Virus record (IMG/VR): IMGVR_UViG_3300027631_000014
Coordinates: 1 to 64,000 of that record
Direction: 5' to 3' (one strand)
From: a virus
Length of the DNA stretch: 64,000 bases
Part shown: positions 31,020-40,868 of the stretch, piece by piece
Numbering within the stretch: position 1 is the first letter of the stretch
How the letters are laid out: each line of letters starts with the position of its first letter
Program-made: the position numbers and the translations under genes
Notes under the pieces: generated by a model
The model's input: only the letters and a program-made list of their open reading frames with translations
Database searches by the model: none
Told to the model about the DNA's origin: nothing

Positions 31020-31345
31020 TGAACAGATATCAGCCCGTAACAATTATTAAATCGGATAATAAACCGATATATCAAACTACTCGATACCCAGAAGTACCGT
31101 TGTCTGATGAGGATACTTACGTTTATACGTCGCAAGGAGATAGATTTGATGTATTAGCAAATCAATATTATGGTGATCAATCGTTATGGTGGATTATATC
31201 TATTGCTAATACAGCTATAGCAGGAACATCTTTGCCATCAGATTTAACTCAAGATTCATTAGTTATACCTGAAGGAATACAAATACGAATACCAGCAAAT
31301 TATGTTGAGGTATTAAATAGTTTTAAACAATTAAATAGTTTTTAA
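31019..31345 (+). CDS. LysM-like baseplate protein (gp53/tail X-like)
   Basis: GDRFD-LA-QYYGD-SLWWII--AN...G-QIRIP. Confidence 0.85.
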   Translation: MNRYQPVTIIKSDNKPIYQTTRYPEVPLSDEDTYVYTSQGDRFDVLANQYYGDQSLWWIISIANTAIAGTSLPSDLTQDSLVIPEGIQIRIPANYVEVLNSFKQLNSF

Positions 31346-31348
31346 AAA

Positions 31349-34300
31349 ATGAATATATTAGGTGAAGGATTCCCAGACGCTATTATAGATCAAGTACACC
31401 AACGCCAAAAAAGATATGGGGCTGGATATACTGGTACTCAAAGATCAGCTGAAGAATTAGTATACTTAAATGCTAATACATCTTGGTGTAAATTAGTATC
31501 CTCAGTAGACATTGAAGATATAAAAAATATTGTAAATCAATCTTTATCTGGTCTTCCTAATATGGTTGGTAGTAGTTTAGCCGAAAAATTTGTTTTGTTT
31601 AATGGAGTAAATGATGATGGTTCTGGTGATAATCAAAGATCAGGAGTGGCTAGCTCAAATACTATTTTAGGTTACAACAATGCTTATGGTATTGGAGGAA
31701 ATGATTTTGGTATTCGTCCTATGATGGGTATCCAATCAGCTAATATCAAACACGAAAACAGAGGTTCAATAAGAAGAGCAACAGTAAAAATAAAAGCATT
31801 TAACAAAGTTCAATTTGATATTATAGATGTTTTATATTTAAGATTAGGATTTAGTATATTATTAGAATGGGGACATTCAATGTATTATGACAATAAAGGT
31901 GTATTACAAACCAATCCACAAAATAGTCTATCATCTGAATTTTTAACAGGGAAAGGACAAGGTATTTTTACCCCAACCCCAGGATCAAATAACCTAAAAT
32001 CAGGAACAACAACATATTTACCTTTAACTTATGAAGATTTTCTTAAAAAAATAGCAAGTCAAAAAATAAAATCTAACGGTAACTATGATGCTATGTTTGC
32101 TAAAGTTACTAATTACCATTGGTCATTTTTACCTGATGGAAGTTACGATATAACTTTAGATTTAGTTAGTATTGGAGACGTAGTTGAATCTTTTAAAATA
32201 AATGCATTAGTAGATGGTTTAATACTTAATACAACCACTACTGGATTATTAGATCCAAATGCACGTGATGATGAAGTTATAGATTATTATGCTAGTAAAA
32301 ATAGTATTGGTACATTTTTCTCTAACACTCTACTTAATGGAACTAGAACACAAATAGGAGGTAATGGTTTATCAATTCCTTCCGCCATAACAATTACATC
32401 AAATGAAATTAGTACTGGAAAAATAGATGCATTAGTCATAACTTATAATTCATCTATTAATTTTAAATTATATGTAAGACTAGGAACGTTACTTCAATTT
32501 TTCCAACAAAAATTAATGTATCAAATTATAGTTGGTTCTATTTCTTCTCCGATGTTAAAATTTGATTATGATGAACAAAGTAATATAATGTATGTTAATG
32601 ATATACAAGTTAGTGTTGACCCAAATGTTTGTGTAATTAATAGAACAATAAATATAAGTGGAACTGATTATTCTTTTGCACCCGATGCTGAACCATTTGA
32701 AGGAACATTATTAGGTCCAAGTTATGGACAAATAATGAATATATATGTTAATATGAAGTGGATATTACTTAAAATGGATGAATTAAAGGATGCTAGTAGT
32801 AATAAAGTAGTTCTTATTGATTTATTAAATAATATATTATCTGCAATAAATAGCTCATTAGGAGGAGTAAATGCTCTAGAAGCAACTATAGATGACACTA
32901 CTAATACTGTTATAATTAGGGATATGAATCCTCTTCCTAATACTAAATCTGTAATTGAGAAATTAAATGGGATAGGAAAATCAATTCCTGACAAATATGC
33001 ATATTTTGATTTATATGGATATAGTAAAGATGAACACCCTGTAAACCCATCAATATATAAAGATCCTACAGATCCTAGAAAAAATTTAGGTCATGCTTCA
33101 TTTATAAAAGATTTTAATTTTACAACAGAAATATCTCCTGAATTATCAACTATGTTAACTATAGGTGCAACTGCTAATAGTAAAGTAGTAGGAGAAAATT
33201 CAACTGCATTTTCAAAATTCAATATTGGTTTAAAAGATAGATTTAAAGAAGAAATAGGATACTTACCTCCATCTATTGGAGGGTTCAACATTGTTACAGC
33301 AATAACTTATATCGACCCAGCAACTATAGCAAAGTTTAGTGCTGGACAACAACAACAATCTTTAATTGATGATTTAGCATTAAAATATGTTCAAAGTAAA
33401 AAAGTATTTGATGATTATTTAATAAATCTATCTAAGAGAATATATAATGGAGATGCTGAGACTTATAAAGATGCAATGACTAGCTATCTTAATTATTTAA
33501 ATCAATTAAAACAAGCTATAGCTGTTAAATTAGCTATTCAACGTAACAAACCATTAAGTAGTATATTACCATCATTTGCACCAGGAACAGGATTCATACC
33601 ATTTAATATGTCTTTAACAATGGATGGATTGTCAGGAATGAAAATATATAGTAAATTTTTTGTCGATACAAGATATTTACCTACTAACTATCCAGACAAT
33701 GCTGAGTTTTTAATAAAAAATATTGAACATAAAATAGAAAACAATAAATGGTTTACTACTATAGAATCAATTGTTATATCTAAAGGAGATATAGATCCAA
33801 AACAACTTACCCAAGTAGTAAATATTGGAGGGTCAGGTGGAGGATCAGGTGGTGGATATGGAAATGGACAAATAACATACCCTTTAACACTTCAATTTAC
33901 AACCCCACCCCCATCAACTTTATTGTTCTCTAAATTTATATTTCCTGTAACAGGAACAATCACTAGTAAGGTTGGAGTAAGAGCTGTTCAAAATGGAGTA
34001 CCAGGTAGTGATCAACATAGAGCAATAGATATAGCTGCCCCAAAAGGAACACCAGTATACAGTTCTACAGATGGAGTTGTATCCATAATAGGAGCTGGTG
34101 GGTATGGTCCAAATTGTGTTATTATAGAAATATTCCCACCACACGCTTTACCACCTGTTGCTCAAAAATGGTATATTATTTATGGTCATATGGATACTTC
34201 AACAGTAACTGTGGGAACTAGAGTAGTGGCAGGTCAACAAATAGGAACAGTAGGAGATAAAGGTAGTCCTGGAGCGGAACATTTACATATCCAGATTAGA

Positions 34301-34402
34301 AATATTCTTAACGGAATGGATTCTACAGGGTTATCAATTGATATCAATCAATTTTTTCCACCAAAAGGAGGAAAAATAACAGCAAAACAACCATTTTTAT
34401 AA
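31349..34402 (+). CDS. Baseplate hub protein with C-terminal M23 metallopeptidase
   Basis: LLEWGH, IPF--SL-MDGLSG, IEHKI---KW-T hub motifs; Gly linker; HRAID, YGH, HLH M23 motifs. Confidence 0.85.
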   Translation: MNILGEGFPDAIIDQVHQRQKRYGAGYTGTQRSAEELVYLNANTSWCKLVSSVDIEDIKNIVNQSLSGLPNMVGSSLAEKFVLFNGVNDDGSGDNQRSGVASSNTILGYNNAYGIGGNDFGIRPMMGIQSANIKHENRGSIRRATVKIKAFNKVQFDIIDVLYLRLGFSILLEWGHSMYYDNKGVLQTNPQNSLSSEFLTGKGQGIFTPTPGSNNLKSGTTTYLPLTYEDFLKKIASQKIKSNGNYDAMFAKVTNYHWSFLPDGSYDITLDLVSIGDVVESFKINALVDGLILNTTTTGLLDPNARDDEVIDYYASKNSIGTFFSNTLLNGTRTQIGGNGLSIPSAITITSNEISTGKIDALVITYNSSINFKLYVRLGTLLQFFQQKLMYQIIVGSISSPMLKFDYDEQSNIMYVNDIQVSVDPNVCVINRTINISGTDYSFAPDAEPFEGTLLGPSYGQIMNIYVNMKWILLKMDELKDASSNKVVLIDLLNNILSAINSSLGGVNALEATIDDTTNTVIIRDMNPLPNTKSVIEKLNGIGKSIPDKYAYFDLYGYSKDEHPVNPSIYKDPTDPRKNLGHASFIKDFNFTTEISPELSTMLTIGATANSKVVGENSTAFSKFNIGLKDRFKEEIGYLPPSIGGFNIVTAITYIDPATIAKFSAGQQQQSLIDDLALKYVQSKKVFDDYLINLSKRIYNGDAETYKDAMTSYLNYLNQLKQAIAVKLAIQRNKPLSSILPSFAPGTGFIPFNMSLTMDGLSGMKIYSKFFVDTRYLPTNYPDNAEFLIKNIEHKIENNKWFTTIESIVISKGDIDPKQLTQVVNIGGSGGGSGGGYGNGQITYPLTLQFTTPPPSTLLFSKFIFPVTGTITSKVGVRAVQNGVPGSDQHRAIDIAAPKGTPVYSSTDGVVSIIGAGGYGPNCVIIEIFPPHALPPVAQKWYIIYGHMDTSTVTVGTRVVAGQQIGTVGDKGSPGAEHLHIQIRNILNGMDSTGLSIDINQFFPPKGGKITAKQPFL

Positions 34403-34409
34403 TTAAATT

Positions 34410-35012
34410 ATGTATTATCCTTTATCTCAAATAACCCCCAACCTAAACACTAATGGTGGAGAATTTGTTTATGTAAGTACCAAACAAAATTATAGAGGAG
34501 ATTATTTTAAAACTTCTAAAGGAGAATACTTTACAGGTAAAACACCTCAAGATGGACCAAATGAATTATTAATATTAGCACCATTAGAAGGAATACAAAT
34601 TACCTCTCAAAACGATAATGTTTCTTTTGTTAATATGGATGATTTTGAAGTTAATAATTATGTTATTGTTTCTAAACAATCCACAATAGCACCTTCATCC
34701 CCAACCTACTCTCCAAATATCCCTACTCAACAAGATTATCAAATAGGAGAATATAGAAGATATTTTTGTAAAAAAACAAACGAACTTATATATTTAGAAA
34801 TAAATAAAGATACGTATGATAAATTAGTAGGACAAGATTCTACAATACTATATCAACTATATCAACCATTTAATTTGTCTTGGCAATTAACAGGAGACAT
34901 AGAGCAAGTATATAGAATAAATAAAAATATAACTGAATTAGCAATCAAAAATCAAAAACTACTAATGCTTTCAGAATACTTAAAAATGGATTTTACTAAA
35001 TATTATCAATAA
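34410..35012 (+). CDS. Baseplate-associated hypothetical protein
   Basis: PTQQDY--G---RYF motif; last gene of the tail module. Confidence 0.6.
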   Translation: MYYPLSQITPNLNTNGGEFVYVSTKQNYRGDYFKTSKGEYFTGKTPQDGPNELLILAPLEGIQITSQNDNVSFVNMDDFEVNNYVIVSKQSTIAPSSPTYSPNIPTQQDYQIGEYRRYFCKKTNELIYLEINKDTYDKLVGQDSTILYQLYQPFNLSWQLTGDIEQVYRINKNITELAIKNQKLLMLSEYLKMDFTKYYQ

Positions 35013-35018
35013 AGACAT

Positions 35019-35091
35019 ACGGATTAGGACCGTTATAGCTGCGGCTATGAAAGCACCCGACGACTCGCTATCTAGGGTGCTTTTACTTTCC
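35019..35091 (+). other. GC-rich three-hairpin element ending in a terminator
   Basis: ACGG/CCGT, ATAGC/GCTAT and AAAGCACCC/GGGTGCTTT stems. Confidence 0.55.
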
Positions 35092-35097
35092 TTAAAT

Positions 35098-35128
35098 TAG
35101 GCTACTAAAAATATATTTAGTATATTTA
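35098..35128 (+). promoter_or_regulatory. Bipartite promoter T(T/A)GG-N19-TATATTTA (also 37779, 42251, 46803, 47639, 51874, 57142; variants 25295, 50346, 60243, 61226)
   Basis: Spacer counted as exactly 19 nt in seven copies; resembles the Bacteroidota -33 TTG / -7 TAnnTTTG consensus. Confidence 0.8.
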
Positions 35129-35144
35129 ATCAAAAATAAAGGTT

Positions 35145-36434
35145 ATGTTTTATATTGTCGAAACCGACGAACAATTAAATGAATTATTTGACAAAGACTA
35201 TGATAAAGTTTTTGTTGAACCTATTTATTATAATGACAACATACATCCATCACTAAATCATATATCTTTACTGTATATAAAGCCATTAAACAACGATAAA
35301 GGCTATATGGTGTGTATTCATCATACTGAGGCATTAGAGCTGAATAAAACGCCTATAAACCGTTTATTGGCGTCATTTACTGAAGTATATGTACGTGATA
35401 GAAAGTCATTTATATATCGTTTTCCATTAAAAAATATTATAGATATTTCATTTGGTGCTCCTGAATATGCTGAATTAACAACCCAAACACATGATTTTTT
35501 CTATCAAAAACATGGTGATGTTGAAGATATAAATACCATTATCCCATTGGTTAAACATTATGAAAGGTGTGAATTGGTATTTAATAAGGTAAAAGAGTAT
35601 TGTGTTAAATTTGACAATACAAAGTTTCATAATAAATTAACAAGTGTATTTTTTGCAATTGAAAGAAACGGAATTAAAATAAATAAAGATGTATTTAATG
35701 AATTTTTTAAACCAAACACTGAGTTATACTCTATTCAAGATAGTAAAGTATATACCCAATATAACTTATATACTACAACCGGAAGGCCTTCCAATAGCTT
35801 TAACGGCATCAATTTTGCAGCATTGAAAAAAGAGGATGGATGTAGAGAAGCATTTATACCAGAAAATGATTGCTTTATTGAAATAGATATAAGTGCTTAC
35901 CACCCAACATTAGCAGCACATTTAGTAAAATATGATTTTGGAGATGAAACACCATATCAATACTTTGCTAAAGAAGCTGAAATTGAAGTAGATGAAGCAA
36001 AAATACTAATGTTTAGACAGTTATATGGAGGAATATATAAAGAATATCAACATATAGAATACTTTCAACTAATTCAAAAACATACAGATAAGTTATGGAA
36101 GGACTTTAAAACGAATGGTTTTATCGAATGCCCAATTTCAGGACATAAATTTAAAAACAACATAAAAGATATCAATCCTCAAAAACTATTTAACTATACA
36201 TTACAAAATTTAGAAACATCAACAAATGTACTGATATTGTGGGATATCATGATGTTATTAAAAGGTAAAAAAACAAAAATAGTATTATACATATACGATG
36301 CTCTTCTATTTGATATAGATAAAGATGAAGAAAAAGAATTAATGAATAAAATATTAAACATATACTATAAATATAATTTACGAGTTACTAGTAAAAAAGG
36401 AATAAATTATAAAGATATTAAAATTATCAAGTAA
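35145..36434 (+). CDS. Divergent, short family-A DNA polymerase-like protein
   Basis: TTGRPS, R-AFIP, motif A DISAYHP, motif B AK---F--LYG, N--LQ, motif C YD-LLFD. Confidence 0.8.
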   Translation: MFYIVETDEQLNELFDKDYDKVFVEPIYYNDNIHPSLNHISLLYIKPLNNDKGYMVCIHHTEALELNKTPINRLLASFTEVYVRDRKSFIYRFPLKNIIDISFGAPEYAELTTQTHDFFYQKHGDVEDINTIIPLVKHYERCELVFNKVKEYCVKFDNTKFHNKLTSVFFAIERNGIKINKDVFNEFFKPNTELYSIQDSKVYTQYNLYTTTGRPSNSFNGINFAALKKEDGCREAFIPENDCFIEIDISAYHPTLAAHLVKYDFGDETPYQYFAKEAEIEVDEAKILMFRQLYGGIYKEYQHIEYFQLIQKHTDKLWKDFKTNGFIECPISGHKFKNNIKDINPQKLFNYTLQNLETSTNVLILWDIMMLLKGKKTKIVLYIYDALLFDIDKDEEKELMNKILNIYYKYNLRVTSKKGINYKDIKIIK

Positions 36435-36482
36435 TAAGGTGTCATATTTTTTATTTTATAATATTTATAATAAAATATAGGT

Positions 36483-37250
36483 ATGAAAACATGTATAAAA
36501 TGTAATAAAGAATTAGATGAATCTAATTTTTATACAAAAGGTGGAAAAAATAAAGATAAAGGATATCAAAGTAAATGTAAAATTTGTTTTAATAGTAATA
36601 CAAAAGAATATTATACACAAAATAAAATACAATTATCTGAAAAGCAAAAAAACAACTATAATATAGATAAAGAAAAATATTTAAAAAGAATAAAACAATA
36701 TAGTAAAAGTGAATTAGGTAAAAAAACAATACAAAAATATTATCAAATCCACAGAACAGAATTAAATAAAAAAGTTAAAAATAATAATAAGAATAGATAT
36801 AAAACTGATTTAGAATATAATAAGTATATTAAAAATAAAGCTAAAGAATGGGAACAAAGCAATAAAATTAAGAAAAATGAAAGACAAAAAAATAGATATA
36901 AAACTGATACTATTTTTAGATTAAAATTATTGTTAAGAAACAGATTAAATCAAGCATTATGTGGTAATATGAAATTAACTACTACCCTAAAGCTTTTAGG
37001 TTGTACAATTGAAGAATTTAAATTATATTTAGAACAACAATTTAAACCTGAAATGACTTGGGAAAATCACGGAGAAATATGGGAAATAGATCATATTAAA
37101 CCATGCGCTTCTTTTAACTTAATAGATTCTAAACAACAACAAGAGTGTTTTAACTATAAAAATACTCAACCTCTATTTAAAACAACCGAGATAGCCGTAA
37201 GTTTTGGATATATTAACGAGATAGGAAATAGAGATAAATCAATAAACTAA
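36483..37250 (+). CDS. HNH endonuclease (free-standing homing type)
   Basis: N-terminal CxxC...CxxC, K-rich repeats, WEIDHIKPC-F...NY-N-QPL...N--K. Confidence 0.85.
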   Translation: MKTCIKCNKELDESNFYTKGGKNKDKGYQSKCKICFNSNTKEYYTQNKIQLSEKQKNNYNIDKEKYLKRIKQYSKSELGKKTIQKYYQIHRTELNKKVKNNNKNRYKTDLEYNKYIKNKAKEWEQSNKIKKNERQKNRYKTDTIFRLKLLLRNRLNQALCGNMKLTTTLKLLGCTIEEFKLYLEQQFKPEMTWENHGEIWEIDHIKPCASFNLIDSKQQQECFNYKNTQPLFKTTEIAVSFGYINEIGNRDKSIN

Positions 37251-37256
37251 CTTAAA

Positions 37257-37709
37257 ATGAATTTAAATCTCGTTTCAACAGATGTCTTCAATATGTATGA
37301 TTATATTACTGATGGTGACTTTATGAACAACAGGCTATATGCTACATTTACACAGCATGACTCTTTAGATGAATTAATTTTTAGTTTATCAACTACATAT
37401 ACAATAATGTATAAAAAAATGTTTGTGCTTTTTGTTAAGAGTACAAATGAATATGTAGTTACATACAATGTAGAGCAAGGCAACGTCAGTATAATTCCAG
37501 CTAATACAATATTAGTACATCGTAAAAAAGAATCAAATACTTTATATACAATCAACGCACTTAACGATTTAATTAAGAAATTAAATGGTGGTGTAGTTGA
37601 TCCATCTTATCGAATAGATTGGCAACATTATAAAAATTGTGTTCTTTTAACTCAACAAGGAGAAATCAAACAACTTAATACAAAGATATTTAAAATAGTA
37701 GATCTTTAA
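37257..37709 (+). CDS. Hypothetical protein
   Basis: 150 aa, HRKKESNTLYTINALN motif. Confidence 0.7.
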   Translation: MNLNLVSTDVFNMYDYITDGDFMNNRLYATFTQHDSLDELIFSLSTTYTIMYKKMFVLFVKSTNEYVVTYNVEQGNVSIIPANTILVHRKKESNTLYTINALNDLIKKLNGGVVDPSYRIDWQHYKNCVLLTQQGEIKQLNTKIFKIVDL

Positions 37710-37837
37710 CATATTTATAACATATAACTAGTACAACACTACAAATAAAAAGGCATTCGAGAGCTTTAATAGCTAAATTTGGCCTACGAAAAAACAAGTA
37801 GTATATTTAAATAGTAACCAATAAAATAAAATAGAAG

Positions 37838-38704
37838 ATGGATTTAAAATCAATCAAAAACAAACTGAGTGCCTTACAGACATCCGGGCAGAAAAAAGAA
37901 AAAGTAGATTATTCAAAATATCTATGGAAACCAAAACAAGAAGGTAAGTATCAAATTAGAATTGTACCATCTAAATTAAACAAAAACAATCCATTTAGGG
38001 AGATATTTGTTCATTATGGTATGACTAAATTCCCAACATACGCCTTAACCAATTGGGGTGAAAAGGATCCAATTGTAGAATTCGTAAAACAATTACGTAC
38101 AACCAGTGATAAAGAAAACTGGAAATTATCTAAAAAATTAGAACCAAAAATGCGTATTTTTGCTCCTGTAATCGTTAGAGGTGAGGAAGACAAAGGTGTT
38201 CGTTTATGGGAATTTGGTAAAGAAATTTACATGCAATTATTAGGTATCGCTGATGATGAAGATTATGGTGACTACACTGATATGAATGAAGGTCGTGATT
38301 TTACTGTTGAAGCAGTAATGGGTGATGTTGGTGGTCGTCAAGGCTTAAAGTCATCAATTCGTATTAAACCAAAAACATCTCCATTAAGTACTAGCAAAAA
38401 TGATATTGAGTTATGGTTAGAAGAACAACCAGATATTCTTGAGATTCAAAATACCTACAAGATGACTTTTGATAAAATGAAAGAAATGCTTCAAAACTTT
38501 TTAAACCCAGAAGATGCTTCTGATGAAATAGATGAAGTTGAAGAAGAAACAACTGTTACTGCTGCTGGAGAAGATTTACCGTGGAAAGATGATAAAGAAA
38601 TTGAAAAATCTAAACCAACTAAAAACTATGAGTTAAAAGCACCAGCTGGTAAAGTATCAAAAGCAGACAAATTCGACTCTTTATTTGAAGAAGACGAAGA
38701 CTAA
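37838..38704 (+). CDS. Single-stranded DNA-binding protein (gp32-like)
   Basis: IRIVP, PF----HY, DPI-E, G-DF, acidic C-terminal tail. Confidence 0.8.
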   Translation: MDLKSIKNKLSALQTSGQKKEKVDYSKYLWKPKQEGKYQIRIVPSKLNKNNPFREIFVHYGMTKFPTYALTNWGEKDPIVEFVKQLRTTSDKENWKLSKKLEPKMRIFAPVIVRGEEDKGVRLWEFGKEIYMQLLGIADDEDYGDYTDMNEGRDFTVEAVMGDVGGRQGLKSSIRIKPKTSPLSTSKNDIELWLEEQPDILEIQNTYKMTFDKMKEMLQNFLNPEDASDEIDEVEEETTVTAAGEDLPWKDDKEIEKSKPTKNYELKAPAGKVSKADKFDSLFEEDED

Positions 38705-38722
38705 AATTTAAAATAATTTAAA

Positions 38723-39811
38723 ATGGCTAAAACAAACGACAAAGATTCGTTAATGGAAGCAGTCTCTAAAGAACTTAAATCTAAATTTGATTTAAATAAA
38801 TTTAAAGAGAAGAAATCATTAGGCGGAAATGTAAAGTTCAAAGATCAAGCATGGATTCCCTTCTCAACAGCAATGCAAGAAGCACTATCTATTCCTGGAA
38901 TAGCAATGGGTCATATAAATATAGTACGTGGAGGTAGCAATACTGGAAAAACTACTACATCTATAGAGGCAGCTGTATCAGCACAAAAAATGGGTGTATT
39001 GCCTGTTCTTATTATTACTGAAATGAAACACAGCTGGGAACACTGGCAAAAGATGGGTTTCGAAATGAATGAAATAAAAGACAAAGATGGTGCTGTAATT
39101 GATTATGATGGATTCTTTATTTATAAAGATAGAGGTAAATTAAATTCAATTGAGGATGTAGCTGATTTTATTATTGACATTTTAGATGAACAAGCAAAAG
39201 GGAACTTACCATATGACTTATTGTTTTTATGGGACTCAGTAGGATCAATTGCTTGCAGAATGAGTATTGAACAAGGTAAAAACAACCCAATGTGGAATGC
39301 AGGAGCAATTGCAACTCAATTTGGTAATTTTATCAATCAACGAATCATTTTATCTAGAAAAGAAGAAAGTAAATATACAAATACATTCTTAATCATTAAT
39401 AAAACCGGAGTAGCTCCAGCTGAAAATATCTTCTCACAACCGAGAATGACTAATAAAGGTGGAAATACATTCTATTATGATGCTTCATTATGTTTGACTT
39501 TTGGTAATGTTACTAATAGTGGAACATCAAAGATCAAAGCTCAAAAAGAAGGTAAAGATGTAGAGTTTGCTTTAAGAACAAAAGTAGCATGTGATAAAAA
39601 TCACGTAAACGGAATCACTACTAAAAACACAGTTATCAGTACAGTACATGGTTTCATACCTGACGATCCTAAAGAGATCACTAAATATAAAAAAGAGCAT
39701 TCACATGAATGGGCTGATATATTAGGAGAGGGAAATTACAAAACTGTAGAAGATAATAGTGAGTGGAATGAAAAAGTAGATGTCACGGACATTGTAGAAT
39801 CTGAAGACTAA
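38723..39811 (+). CDS. RecA/UvsX-like recombinase
   Basis: GGSNTGKT Walker A, WDSVG Walker B, KGG, KNH. Confidence 0.85.
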   Translation: MAKTNDKDSLMEAVSKELKSKFDLNKFKEKKSLGGNVKFKDQAWIPFSTAMQEALSIPGIAMGHINIVRGGSNTGKTTTSIEAAVSAQKMGVLPVLIITEMKHSWEHWQKMGFEMNEIKDKDGAVIDYDGFFIYKDRGKLNSIEDVADFIIDILDEQAKGNLPYDLLFLWDSVGSIACRMSIEQGKNNPMWNAGAIATQFGNFINQRIILSRKEESKYTNTFLIINKTGVAPAENIFSQPRMTNKGGNTFYYDASLCLTFGNVTNSGTSKIKAQKEGKDVEFALRTKVACDKNHVNGITTKNTVISTVHGFIPDDPKEITKYKKEHSHEWADILGEGNYKTVEDNSEWNEKVDVTDIVESED

Positions 39812-39815
39812 AATT

Positions 39816-40865
39816 ATGAACAATAAAGATTTACTTAAACTTCTTGATGGAATCAAAGAAGATATAGTACCAATCCCCGAAGAAACTGGAGAAAGAACTC
39901 TAATAGTAGATGGTTTAAATCTATTCTTAAGAAACTTTGCAGTATTAAATTATATAAATGCGGAAGGTACACATATAGGAGGTTTAGGTGGATTTTTACG
40001 TTCATTAGGGTCTTTAGTTAAACAATTAAAACCTACATCAATTTATATTGTATTTGATGGAGTGGGTTCTTCTATAAACAGGAAGAATTTACTCCCTGAA
40101 TACAAGTCAGGAAGAAATGTTAATAGAGTTAACAAAACTTCTTTTGATAGTGTTGAAAAAGAAAACGAATCTAAAACAGACCAAATTATACACTTAATTC
40201 ATTATTTACAATGTTTACCAGTTAAAATTTTATCACAAGATGGAGTAGAAGCTGATGATATCATTGCGTTTTTAAGTAAAGAGCTTACTCAAGATAAGAA
40301 AAATAAAGTATATTTAGTATCTGCGGACAACGATTTTCTTCAATTAGTAGATGAAAATATATTAATGTATAGATCTGTAGAAAAAGAATTTGTAACGTCA
40401 AAAGATGTAAAAACAAAGTATGGAGTTCATCCTCACAACTTTCTTATCTATAAAACATTAATGGGAGATAAATCAGACAAAGTAGGTGGTGTTAAAGGAT
40501 TAGGACCAAGTAAATTAGGAAAGTATTTCCCAGAAATAATGGGTTCAGAAGAATTAACTATGGACCACATTTATGATATTTGTGCTTTAAAATTTAAAGA
40601 ACATGTTATATACTGTAGAGCATTAGAAGATTTTGACAATTTAAGAAAAGCTTATAAGATTATGAATTTAAGTAATCCTATGTTGGATGAGCAAGAAAAA
40701 GAATATATATTTAATCAAATAAAGGAATCCCCATACGAATTAAACATTGAAACGTTTTTAAGATTCTATCATGAAGATGGATTAGGAAATGTTTTGAAAA
40801 ATGTAGATTACTGGATACGAGATAATTGGGCATTAATTGACAAATATAATAAAACAAAAAAATAA
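39816..40865 (+). CDS. 5'-3' exonuclease / RNase H (PolI N-domain-like)
   Basis: VDG-N, VFDG, R----YK--R, EADD, SADND--QL, GDKSD---GV-G-G. Confidence 0.9.
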   Translation: MNNKDLLKLLDGIKEDIVPIPEETGERTLIVDGLNLFLRNFAVLNYINAEGTHIGGLGGFLRSLGSLVKQLKPTSIYIVFDGVGSSINRKNLLPEYKSGRNVNRVNKTSFDSVEKENESKTDQIIHLIHYLQCLPVKILSQDGVEADDIIAFLSKELTQDKKNKVYLVSADNDFLQLVDENILMYRSVEKEFVTSKDVKTKYGVHPHNFLIYKTLMGDKSDKVGGVKGLGPSKLGKYFPEIMGSEELTMDHIYDICALKFKEHVIYCRALEDFDNLRKAYKIMNLSNPMLDEQEKEYIFNQIKESPYELNIETFLRFYHEDGLGNVLKNVDYWIRDNWALIDKYNKTKK

Positions 40866-40868
40866 GTT

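Noticed and set aside
35013-35091. tRNA or preQ1 riboswitch
   Set aside because: No T-loop GTTC or cloverleaf; lacks the preQ1-I pattern and is far from the que genes. No tRNA was recognised anywhere in the window.
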